Assembly: GCA_028023455.1 (NCBI GenBank)
Contig: JAQFVV010000002.1
Span: 4,898,001 to 4,962,000 of the forward strand
Length of the DNA stretch: 64,000 bases
Source of the DNA: Epiperipatus broadwayi
Lineage: Eukaryota; Animalia; Onychophora
Direction: 5' to 3'
The notes below the pieces were generated by a model. That model searched no databases, was not told where the DNA came from, and saw nothing but the letters and a program-made list of their open reading frames with translations. Of the stretch, positions 40,411 to 53,484 are shown in pieces (within the stretch, counting starts at the first letter, position 1; every line of letters starts with the position of its first letter). A program made the translations under genes and the position numbers.

Positions 40411-42538
40411 ATTGTTATTGAATTTGGACTTCTATCCAAAATAGCAGGACACTGCAAATGATAAAGGGATTCAAAAATGTTAATTACTAACATATAAATG
40501 TCTATTGATAGCAACAAATTATTTATCTACACATTTTATAAATGCTCATTTTAAATATACAATATAATCACATTAAAATTATTTTAAAGAGATATTTGTT
40601 TCTTCACTCATAAAATTTGATACATGCTATATTTTAGAAATAGTATAAAGTATTCATTACAAATATTTATTAATGAAAAATACATTATTTATGCAATTTT
40701 TTATTAATGAAGTTTACATTGCTGAATGTTATAGTGAAAATATCTGTTTTATTTCAAGTAAAGATATGCTAAAATAGCCTTTAAAAGGCAAATATAATTT
40801 GAATTTGACTTAATGCTTACTTAATCTCAGTACTATTAATAAATGACATATGTATTAAGTATGCTATATTATTTATGAAAAGTTATATTTAAAAGAAAAT
40901 GAAATTTTTTCTATTGTTGTTTGGTTTTGCAAGAACTTGCTTTGTTTGTCAATATATTTTACAAATGTTAGTTTGATAAGAATAATTATTATTGCATTTG
41001 CTTTATTTAAAAAGAATGAAATCTATCCTTAATACATCTGCTTCAAGATATTAAAATGTTTCCTCTTCATATGGTTTATTTTAATCCATTACCATGCTTT
41101 ATTTGCTCTTTGAAGATATTGATTTTTAAAGCTCCTCACCGTGCTTTTTTTAGAATGTCTCTCTTCATTTACATCCATCAGAAAATTATAAACTAGGCTC
41201 TTCAAAAGAAATATTAATCTCATTATCTATTATATTAATTAAATTTTACAATGCTTAATGTATTGTTAGTCAAAATTCTATTTAAATTTATTCAGTGCTT
41301 ATAATATCCATCATCCTACATATTTAGTCTGCATTAATCCATTTAGAATGGCTCTACTTTTGTGTCAGCAACTTTAAAATTTCTGCTTATCTCATATTTT
41401 AAATTGCTGTTATTGTTTAAGTTTACAAAATCATTTGGATATCCAGGAAAGACTTCAGTGTATTCATGGACTTTTATTTGACTTTATCCAGTGTGATGGT
41501 ATGAACATCAAGATTTAAGAACTCTTTATTTTATTGGTAAATGGGTATAAAATATTTAGTTTAATATTTATTTTCATTTCATATGCATTATATTCATTTA
41601 TGTTCCTCTGTATAATTTTATGAATTGGATTGACATATAGTTTGATGTTAAGTTCTCAGAATATTAAGTGTACCAAATATCTTAGAGTGTATTATACCTG
41701 TTCCCTTCTTGGAGGTATTTTGAGTGTGCATAAATGCTTGATAGAGTTCATGAACTTGATGTATATTTGAATATTAAATTATTTTGCCACAATTTTAAAT
41801 ATTAGCTATATTTTCACTTTATTTATTTATTTTATCAGTTTTACATATCATTTATTTATCATTATTTTAAGAGATAATTGTGTTTTTCTCTCTCTCTTAT
41901 AGATTACTGTATCATGCCAGTGAGATTTTGTTATATCTTTGGGACATTAGGCATATAATGCCATATTCAGATAACCCCATTATTATTTTGTTTCATTCTC
42001 ATGTTTCATGACTAGAACAAAGTCCTAGTTCATTGTTGCTCTCATGTGTATGTGCTTATTTGAGTTCATGCAATCATCCTATATTCCCTTTGCTTTTTCA
42101 ATCCTTTGATGTGGATCTTAGTGATATATTTATTTAAAGTCATGTGTAATGTGTAGCCATTTTTTATTCTGGCATTTATTATATTTGAAGGTGATACGTG
42201 ATGCCAACCATTCCATCCCTTCAGTTGCATTCTTGATCAACAATACTGTTTTTGTTGTGCTTAGCTAGCATATCCAAATGTTTTAAAACCTGATAAAATT
42301 TGAGTTATTAAATTTTATAATTGTTCATGTGGCTAAATAAAAATTTATACATCTTTTTCAGTATCCATTGCTATCAAAGGATGATAAGATTTTATCTTAT
42401 TTAGTATTATTGAATACATTTCACATAGAAACTATATAATAGCAAGTGAAATTATTAAATGTGAGAACTTGACTAAACTTATGGGAAGTCATTTTAAAAT
42501 TTCTAATTTACTGGTAATTTTTACTATATTTTAAATTA

Positions 42539-42687
42539 TAATAATTTACTAAGGCTGTAACCTTAGAAATAAGCGTCTGAAAAATACGAAGGTAGAGACC
42601 TCTATAGGTCTTAAACACAACAAATTGTAACTCATAATTTTTCTTTTATACGCTTATTTCTAAGGTTACAGCCTTAGTAAATTATTA
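42539..42687. mobile_element. Small palindromic MITE-like element
   Basis: Perfect 38-bp inverted repeats at 42539-42576 and 42650-42687. Part of the spacer (aaattgtaactcataatttttcttttata) is duplicated at ~42733. Confidence 0.7.
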
Positions 42688-44119
42688 CTTAATATAATAA
42701 TGGGTGTTTAATAAAATTTATAATTATATTTTAAATTGTAACTCATAATTTTTCTTTTATATTTTATTTTTGTTTTGAGGAATTTTTGTACTCTATAAAA
42801 GTTTACTAGGTAATTTGAATCTTCTCTTTATTTATTTTGTTGATTATTTTTTAAACAAGGTTACATTAAAAAATATTTTAATGATAATTTAAAATTCAAA
42901 CAAAAACATATCTTTGATTGTAAAAGTTCACTTTTTTAAAAAGTACTGTTTTTTATTTTAATTCTAAAAGTTGATTTTTGAAATATACAAATGTATATTG
43001 TAAATGATCTTTACTTAATAAGCTTGCCTTTAATTTTAAACTCAAAATGGCTTTGAAATAATTGTAAACAATATAAGAATACTAAAAAACTAAAAATAAT
43101 AGATGTAAAAAAATATTTCTAATAAATGCTTTTATATACTATAGGAACTAAAAACTTAAAAAAATAATTATTCCTTAAACCACAATTGGATTTTTTATAT
43201 TTAATTTGAAATACAAGTGTGGGAAGGGGAATCCAGAAATTAATTAGGTCAATCCCTATTGCTATAACAAGGATTTGACTTAATTAATTTTGGACTCTTT
43301 TTCCTGCCTCATACTTTTATTTCAAGTTAAATATAACCTAACTGTGGTTAAAGGAACAATTATTTTCTTGGTTTTTAGTTCCCATAGTAAATAAAAGCAT
43401 TCATTATAAACATCTTTTATATCTATTACTCTAATTATTAATCCTTTTTTATTTATACAGTAGATATTTTAGATTTCAGGTTATTTTTATTTTTTGAATT
43501 TATATTTTTGATAAAAAAAATTTTTTTTAATGTGAAATGTAATGAAGAACAATTTTCATTTCATTAAAAAAATAAAACTGAAAGAAAAACAATTATTATT
43601 CTTAGTGATAAAAAAAATGATTGGCTAGGAATTAATTACTCAATATAGAATTTTAATAATATCTAAATCTTTATGACAGCTAAATTAAAATCAAAAATAA
43701 GCATATGGCTTAACTAACTTAAACATTATTTAACTAATCATCTAATCAAATCATCAATAATATTCGCTTACAACCATCCAAATGATTCTGCCTCGAGATG
43801 ATTGATCATGATTTCAAATAAATTATTAGTTGACAATAATGCTAATATACTTCAATAATATTTACAAAGATTTTTTTAAATACTAAATCCAAAATTACTC
43901 TAATTGCAGTCTTATAAAACTTTTATTTATTATTTAATGATTTGACAAAATAGTCTAAGGCTGCAATTTACACTGAAATACAATAAAGGTAGATCATTGT
44001 CAATTTTTGAGTAAATGTTGAGAATATGAAACAATTATCTTGGGAGATCTATTTTGTTGGGTATTGTAATGTGAAATTAAAAGATTAGCAGTGAATATTG
44101 CCAGTGATTTGATTGAATG

Positions 44120-44320
44120 ATTAATCAAACATTGTTTAATGTATGTGTAGGAGATGATTATCTGCACCAACTGATGAGCCTAGTTCAATCAAAAATATGT
44201 ATATTGGATATGATTTGTCTTTTTCCCATGCATGTGGTCGTGTGCATCAGTTGTATGTGATAGAGTGGATATCTGAAGGGAGCTTCAAAGTTTGTATTTA
44301 AGTCTCCTATAATTTACATA
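44120..44320 (+). mobile_element. Family B single-orientation copy with a decayed HHR
   Basis: gtgtaggagatgat..ccaa-CTGATGA..AAAA-tatgta-TA-ttgga (44167-44208), followed by gggagcttcaaag; colinear with the 13737-13944 arm. Confidence 0.6.
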
Positions 44321-47300
44321 ACAACTTGTCTTTTAATTTTTTTAATGATATCATTGGAATATATAAATATAATTTCATTTTAAAGGTCTCATAAATCAAA
44401 TGATGTTATAAATACAGAAAAATGAACAATAATCAAGAAGTTAGTGATATATGTAATATATCAAATTGAAATGTATGAATTTGATAGTAATTATATCAAA
44501 TAAATAAAATATATTGTTAGATAAATTAAAATATTTTTGTATTAGAAGATATCTATTTAACAGAATTTTTAATTAAATAGTTTTTAAGTGATAGTGGTTT
44601 TCGTCAAATAAACATGTATTGAGAAAAGCAATGATCATTAGATGGAAACCCCAACAGATCTTAGTTATTTATTTCCACCATAGGTAATGGAACTTTTGAG
44701 TAGATTTCTCTATTTAATATTTACGTAGTCTATGTTAATTTTTAAAATTGCTGTTTGATTGTATATCAAAATAAGCCTAGGAGGAGGGATAGATATCATG
44801 TGATGTCTAGTTTAATATTATATTAAATTAAGTATACTGGTGTGTATAAATTGAAAATAAATATATGAAAAAGAAATTAGATTTCTGTAATGAGTTTTTT
44901 TTTTTAAATTTTCTCTCTCCAGATTTTGTTTGCATCTATGATAAAAAATAAAATAAACATAATCAAGTTGAATTTGATTGTAGGAGAACAAAGAATTTTC
45001 TATTCTAAAGTTTGTTTATGGTTATTTAAAAGCAAACTTAATGGAAAAGTTTTGTTTGTCAATTTAAATAAATAAAAATATAAATGTTGTTGTTTTTAAA
45101 AGTGAATTTTTAAAACTGTCTTTTACAAAACTATCAATCAATTATTATAATTTAAAAACAAATTGACATTTTATTATCGTTATATCTAAAAGACTTTTAA
45201 CATAAAAATAAATTTGTAGGAAATACTAATAGTATAATGATTATGTCTGTGAAAAATTTCGATTTTTGCATAGGTAAATAGCATAAATATTCATTCATTT
45301 ATACACAATGGCTATTAATAATAAAATTAGAATTGCAATATTAGAAAATACACATTTATGAGTTATGATTTTTAGTAAATATTCTTAATCTAAAAAAAAA
45401 GTTAATAATCTTTTTATCTATTAATAAAACAGTAATAAGTTATCAATTAATAAATAATAATTAATCTTTTAGCCAAACATGGACAAGTTTTTAAAGGAAA
45501 AAGCAAATGACGAATTTATGAACCATACGAGAACTGTAACATCTTATCATATAACAATAATTCCTGGATTTATAACAAGTTGTCATTTATCTGATCAACT
45601 CACATTATTTTTATCTTTTATTATGATATACTCATTTATTGATCAATAACTAATGGTTAACATGCTTAGTAATAGATTTTCGACATTAAAAAAAAAAACC
45701 GCCTGCTTGTGATTTTAAAAAAAATTTGTCTCCCTTACCGGAAACTGGGCGTGACTAATGGAAAGATGACTATTGTCATGAGACCCTATTACACTTTTAT
45801 TAATTATATAAAATACTTTAACAAAAGTAATATTACTTTCTAGCAGATAGTCCTATGCTTCTAAGAAATACTTTTATTTTCTATTAGATTTTTTTTACTT
45901 GTATAAATTATAATTGCTCTTTTTATTTTATTTATATCATTGATATATTCTTAATATTTTAAAATATTCTCAATTTAAATTGATAGAATTTGTATATTAA
46001 TACAAAATGAAAATAGTTAAATAGAATATTGAAGCAAAATATTGTCAAGTAATGTTTTTTGATAAATATTTTTAATCTTTTTTAATATATAAGAAATAAA
46101 TAATTTTGAATGTGTACTGAACAAATTTATATGACAGAATGTGCACAGCATGATAGCTGTTGCTAAAAGTTGCAATGTTGGTGGTCTTCTAAATGGACTT
46201 TACAATTCAGCATGAGACTAAAATAATGTGAATTTGATAATATGAAAATTATACATCTATAATGAGATAGTCAATGATATACAATGTCATGTGAAAAAGT
46301 TTATTGGCCTTTCTTTTTATGTTGAATCAATTAAAACGTAAATTTGCTATGTAAGCATATTGATCAATCTGATTTCATCTTCCATTAGGATTGTGTTCTG
46401 TTAGTGTCTCATCAATATACTAATATTTAAATACTTAACACAATAATCAATAAATTGGATATATTCATCAGTATTGTTAGAGTCTTCAAATTTGTCAAGA
46501 TCTATGCCCAAAGACTTGTGAAAATACATCAAAACTTTTGTTTCTTTGATCTTAATATGTAATATGCTGATCTAAGGATCAGTAACATTTTTGGCAACAT
46601 ATCACAGTGTAATGATAGAATATATTATGATAGCAATGATATGTGTTAATTGTTATATAAATGCCATATTAAAAATAAGTAAATCTTAGTGTTTTGCCAT
46701 TTTTGCAATGTATTCATATTAAAATGCACTATGTAATATTAAATGTAATCTTAAATGCTATAAAATAAAATAAAAAAACTAATCAGCTGATTAGACACTT
46801 GGACATCATGTGACAGTCTTTGAAACATCATAGCATTTAAGCACCAAAAGTACTATTGAGCTTTGATGTTTAGGAATTTCTTGAATCCATCCTATTATCA
46901 CTCCATTAAGATTTTGTTTAAATGTAAGATTATATATGTACATTTAAGGTAAAAAGTAATTTTAAAATAACAATAAAAACTTAATTATATTTACATAATA
47001 ATGCTGCAATTGTTGTAAGATAGAAGTATTTTATTGTTGAAGTATAATCTATTTAAACTTTAAGCAGTGTAATTAAGTTTTTTTTTTTTTTAAAAAATCA
47101 AAATGCATTCTATTTTCATTGAATTTAAAAATAATTAAATAAAACAACTTTTTTTTAAAAAAGCACTATTTTTATAAAAGTTAATATTACTTTTTTTTAT
47201 TGCTTTTTTTTTTGCAAGTTTATAGAAAATTTTAAAAATGTAATATTATTCAGCTAATGTTGTTAATCAGCTAAATGATGAGTTTTTTAATTTTTATTTT

Positions 47301-50300
47301 TTTATTATTATTATTTTAACTTTTAGACATGGGTATAATTAATCAAGGCAATGCATATAGCCTCCTGGGTTTTAAAGGAATTGCTGATTAAAAAATTGAA
47401 CAATAATAATGAAATTATTTAGGTATAAAAGAACTTTTTTTTGAAAGTTTGTGTAGGGGCCCAAAAATTAAACTGCAGTATTGCTTTTAAAATTTTTTTT
47501 CAATATACCAAAACATTTAAAATTTTCATTTGAGCGAGAGGTATATAGATAAAAAAAAAAATTCTCAATATTAATTAATGGTAACGATATTTTAATTCTT
47601 ATGGTTTTAAAAATCAGTAAGACATTTTAGTTTAGTTTTTATACATATATACTTTCATATTTGACTTACAAATTAATTGTAAATTATTTCATTTTTTGAA
47701 TTAAATAAAAATATTTTGTTTAGTTTATAAAAGAGTTTTCTATATATTTACTTTTTTTCAAACATGTGAAATTGACATTTATCTGAGAATTTGGTTTTTG
47801 TTATAATGTTTCTAGTTTGAAAAATGTTAATACATTAATTTAATAATAATCTATTTATTATTAGTATAAAATAAATTTTTAAGTAGGATTTAAATTTGGA
47901 TAAAAGACATTAAAGCTAATTTGACTTATAGCTTGGATAATTCATCCAATTATATATAGACTAAATCAAATTTCAAAATATTTTAAGTTCCCAGTTAGGC
48001 TTAGAAATTAGATCACAAATAACCAATAATAATGAAACATTGTTAGCTTAATAAACAATTAGATATTGTTAGCTAGAGATTCAAAGACAGAAAATTCCTC
48101 AAATTGTCATTACTTGGCAGTTGCTAATCTATTTATTTTCTACAAATACTATTTTGATCACTATCCAAGCATTTCTAAAGAAATTATAGTAAATGATTTG
48201 ACTATTTTCAGTGTTACTATATTATTTGTCATATGTTTCTCAGTTTTATTTATCTTTTTCTGTTTTGATTATTATACAATCTTTGTGTACTCATCTTTTT
48301 CCATATTATAATATTCAGCCTTTTATAATTAATACTCAACAAAAATTTATTTAATTTGTACATAAGATAGATGCATTTTTAATTATTTATTTTTAATTTT
48401 TTATTACTTATACTATTTATTCTTTAAATATAAGATTTGTTTTTCTACAAAGTATTTCCAAAAAAATGTACTCTTTACATGTATATATTGAAACAGTTAA
48501 ATATGTCTATCCTACTGTTTCACCTACTATATGGTATAATAGTACTTTTATTTACATACCCATATACCCAAATCCTCGTATATTAGAGTAATTTTAAAAT
48601 TAATGATCATAGTTATGTATGTGTGTGTATATTATAGCATACAATATGGAAAGCGTATGTATAGGTATAATAAGTCAACTTATATGTGCACATATATATT
48701 ACTGTTTGCTAAATAAATATAAATCTTGATGTATGTGTAACCAATATATATATATATGCAAAGAAGAAATAGTGTGATAGGTTTAAACATTATAAGTTTT
48801 CTTTATTTAAATAATTTTATAAATGTAATATTTGAAATTATAATATTTCTGCATATTTAGTTAAATTCTGTTTAAACATGTTATACATATATAATAAGGG
48901 TTTGCTAGATTTCATAAAGGCTTGCTGGATTTCAGATTTGTTTTTCGTAAAGAAATAATAAAATTGATTCATCTCGCTATATTTTGACCTACTTATAAAG
49001 TTAAAAATAAAAACAGATTATAAAATAAGGTGAAAGAAATTAACTTGACCAAAGCTTGTAAAAAAAATCAATAACAGCAGAAGTCACTGGGTTGTCAATA
49101 GTATAGCAAAGTAATTAGAAAGGCAGATCTGAAATTAAGAACTAATTAAGAACTATAAAAAACATGTGGTTTTAGCTTTCACATTATTACATGTAGTTAA
49201 TAAAGAAAAACACATGTGGCTAAAGTAAAAAGAGAAGGGGGGAAGGTCAGTATAAAGGCTTATTGCAGCCATTTTGTGATTATTATTAAGTTTAAGATTA
49301 AGCTTCCTATAATCAGATTAATAAAGTTGTTAATACTGAAGATGATGGGCTAAGTAAGGCAAAAGACTGCTTTCCAAACTCCCCAAGGTGGTCTACAGGA
49401 TGCGGGAAGAAGATGACCAATAGCCCAATACTAGCACAGGATGCCCAAAAACACCTGAGAAAAAATGCCTAAAAAAAGAACTTAAAGTGGTAACCCTCTG
49501 CAATTTTAAAATGAACATTTAAACTAAATCTCATAACTTATCAAAGCTAGCTAAAAGTATTATAAATGGCCAATATAATTTAAGCTAAGGTATTTCAAAC
49601 TTTTAAATATTAATTCTTAAACTAAAATGTAAATTTTATATTATTATTTAGTATTGTAAATCTTGCCTGATTTGATATGATTTAAACTGATATAATATGA
49701 TTGGTTGTTTTCTCATCCCTGGTGTTCGCCTAGAGATGTCACTATTTCTAAGTCAATTCCTAGAAATATACTGTTTCACCGGCCTTCACCCAACAAAAGA
49801 GGAAATTTTCTACATTATAAAAAAGAGTCCTCACATTATGTTGGACGGAGGATGCGGTGGTGGTGGCGACAGAAGCCAACACAAAGAGACTTCTTTCTGT
49901 GATAAAGCACAGAAAGAGTTCCCGACACTGCCGGTTATGGCTTTTTTCTATGCTAAAAGCAAAGAGAAAGAAATGCCTTGATTAGATGCCGTAGTAGTCG
50001 ATTTTGTTATCATTTTCTCATAATAGTAGAATATCTACTTTCTCTGTAGTTTTGTGTGAGAGTGTGTGTATTTGAAGCAGTCGTATTTTTTTTAAATTTG
50101 ATAAAACATCTATTTTTTTTAATGTGTTGTAACTTACTTTACTGTTGTAAGTTTAGTAATAAGGTCCTGAAGATTCCATTATGAAGGGGTAACCCTCAAA
50201 AATTGCTTTTAAGGGTGTGAAAGGGAAAAAAAATAAAGGATCACGCGAAAAGTACCGTTTTCGCGAGAATTCGTCCGTGACCAGTTACTTTCACTATATA

Positions 50301-50309
50301 TATATATGC

Positions 50310-51325
50310 ACAAACAAAACAACCCACTGTCTAATTATTAGTAATTACTTGTCCGAAAAATAAAATTAGTCAGGTATTTTTTTTTTTTGTTACATTTATT
50401 ATTTCAAAATAAGATTAGTTTTTATATCTACACACTAACAAAAACAACCCAGTTCCTGATTAATTACTGTCTTTAAAAAAAAAAAAAAAAGCAAATTCAA
50501 TGGGGTTTGATTTTTTTCAATGGAGTCTTTGAATTACAGTTTGTTTGTTTTTATATATACACAAGATTTACCAAAAAAAAAAAAAAGAAACCCACTTTCT
50601 GATTAATTACTGTCAAAAGAAATGCAAATTAGTTGGCTATCATTTTTAAATTTAGTATTTCAATAACGGTACCCTTTTTATATAGACAGACTTAACAAAA
50701 ACAACCCACTTTCTGATTCATTATTGTCTCCAAAAAAAGAAAACGGAAATTAGTCGGGTATCATTTTTTAATCGAGTCTTTCAATGACGTTACTTTTGAT
50801 AGATTTAGAATTACATCTTTCTTTTTTAATAAAATGATTGATTTACTCTTGACCAAAAATACTGTAACTTTAAAAAAAGACACACATAAAGTCCAAAAAA
50901 ATATGATAAAAAGCCCCGTAACTTTAAAGACACATACACACACAAACTCAAAAACAATCTAAGATTAATAAACATTGACTTATTACGTCTTGCTTTTGAA
51001 TCAAATTATTGATTTACTCTTGCAAAAAAAATACCGTAACTTTAAAAAGACACACCTAAAGACCCCAAAAAAAAATTTGAAAAAGCTCCGTAACTTTAAA
51101 GACACACACACACAAACTCAAAAACAAGATAAGATTAATAAACATTTACTTATTACGTCTTGTTTTTGAATAAAATTATTGATTTACTCTTGCAAAAAAA
51201 CAAAGACCGTAACTTTAAAAAGACACACGTAAAGTCAAAAAAAAATAAATTAGAAAAACATCATAACTTTAAAGACACACACACACACAAACTCAAAAAC
51301 AAGATAAGATTAATAAACATTTACA
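50310..51325 (+). repeat. Two adjacent tandem arrays: ~4 x ~125-bp and 3 x ~170-bp units
   Basis: aacccac..ctgattaattactgtc recurs at ~50316, 50440, 50584 and 50697. atttactcttg recurs at 50841, 51012 and 51182 (period ~170). Confidence 0.8.
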
Positions 51326-52776
51326 AAAATGAAAAAAACTAACACCATATAATAGTATTAGTTAGTAGAATATTTTATTACAAATCTAAGAAATCAGATC
51401 TTTTTAGATCAAATCGATCACTTAGGTCCGGCCTGGAATCATTATATGTATATGTTTTTGATTAGTATCAATGCCATCCTGTGGCAAACACCAAGAATGA
51501 GAAAACAACCATATGATTTAACCTGATTTAATCTGATTTAAGCTGGGTTAAACTAATTTATTCTGATTTGATTTGATATTTAATCTATCTTAATTTCATT
51601 TCATTTCACTAAGTAAAGTAAAGCAAAATCTTATTTATAATTTTATATGTTTTTTTAGTTAAGTCTATGCTAATATTATTTTCAATTATTTGTTTATATG
51701 TTTATGCTATGTTGATCCAAAACGGAGTTTACTCGCATTTAAGTTAACTAGTGAGAAATGATTTGAGATTCTCACACATAGATAATTTTGCATTTATTAG
51801 TGCACAAACAAAACTCCCTTCTGAAATGAGTAAAATAAAGCTTGGTTTAAGTGTATAATTAAGCGATTATAAATGATTAAAAATTGGTTTGCGTTAAATA
51901 AAAAAGGTGGTTAATATTTAGCTGAAGTGAATAAATGGAGCATAGAGCTAGAATTTAATCTTATAATTATCCCAAAATATGCTGTAGCCCTCCTTATATA
52001 TATATATATATATATATATGAATACCTATATAGATAACTTAATAAATTAGATTCATTATATTTCTTTAATAGCATGATTATAAATGCTAATTTATAAACT
52101 GATTTGCAGTAGTTCTATAGAAGGAAACTAATGTTTTGCATCTCAATTTTATATATAATGAGGTAGTCAGTGGGGTGAGTGTGTTCTTAGAAAGTACATA
52201 CGTGCATTTACTTATTGCTGTATATTATTTCTTCAATGGACTTCTGGTTTTAATGGCCACCCCATCTATTTAGTTCAGACAGCTCTCTTTTCACAATGGG
52301 TTTTGATTTTAAGGGTCATCCCATTACCTCTGCTTAGGACTGGATCAGAAGCATCCAGATATCTTGGTAAGCTGTTTGATCACCCAGACTAAAAGGTCTC
52401 TTTCACAGCAAATGGTAGAAAAAAATGGTTACATGGTAACAAATCCTGTAAGCAAGAGCACATTCAAGATGCACAGACTCAGATTGTATGTTTTATATAT
52501 GTCTTAGTATCTGAAGTCTTACTACCCACCACCAGTTCATCACTCCATAATAATTTATATTTCAGCTTTGATCTGAAACATAATCTAATTTTGTAAGCTT
52601 ATAATCTATATAGAGAATTATGTACCAATCAAATAAAATATTAATTATGATTAATGATGATCACTTCTGGGATTAACTAAAGCAAATCTAAGCCACAAAA
52701 CATAGTATAAATAAGGCATAGATAATCATGATCTAAACTTGAAATAAATCTGTAGTGTTGTAATAATAGAGCTCAT

Positions 52777-53020
52777 AAAAATGTAACTTGGTAAATTATA
52801 AATCATCATCACCTGTGAGTGAGAGAAAATAATAAATTTGTAAATTAAATAAAATGTAACTTGATAAATCATCATTATCTGCAACTGAGATGAATCTTAA
52901 ATCCGTAAATTTAAACAAAATGTAACTTGATAAATCATCATCACCTGTGAGTGAGATCCAATACTAAATATGTAAATTAAAACAGCCTGTAACTTATGCA
53001 ATCATCATCACCTGAGAATG
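52777..53020 (+). repeat. Minisatellite, 4 x ~68-bp units
   Basis: tgtaactt..aatcatcatcacctg recurs at ~52780, 52855, 52921 and 52988. Confidence 0.8.
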
Positions 53021-53484
53021 AAAGAAATTTGTGACATTCAATTGTTTTATTTTATTTTTCTTTATTACTTAAATTTTGGCTTTTATTAAATTTGTTTAAA
53101 ATATAACTCTGCTCAGTATCTAAATTGTTGCTCATTATTCATTAGTTAATTATTAACTAGTACTTAGTTATTGTTTGAATATTTATGAATCACAGTCTGT
53201 TAGTTGAGCCATACCTATATAGCTATACTTTAGTTATGCCAATTTACATCATAGTCTTATGTTTCATCGATGTGCTACTGCTGGCATGCGAATTAAGAAA
53301 ATACTGGTGTAACCTCATATATGTCATCCATAATGTAGTAATTTGAGAGTTGGTAAAGTAACTAAGGTGAGATTGGATTTGGGGTCTCAACAACCTCCTT
53401 TTGATCAGCCTTGGGATGATTTGCTAAAACTCTGGATTTTCTTGCACGAATGTACAAATATGACCGTTACAATATATTGTAATA

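Noticed and set aside
49697-49981. 94-aa ORF as a host exon
   Set aside because: It has a non-ATG start, no clear splice context and no recognisable host domain; treated as TE-like instead.
52777-53020. Repeat-spacer-like array resembling CRISPR
   Set aside because: The spacers are related to one another, the repeats are degenerate, the context is eukaryotic and there are no cas genes; it is a minisatellite.
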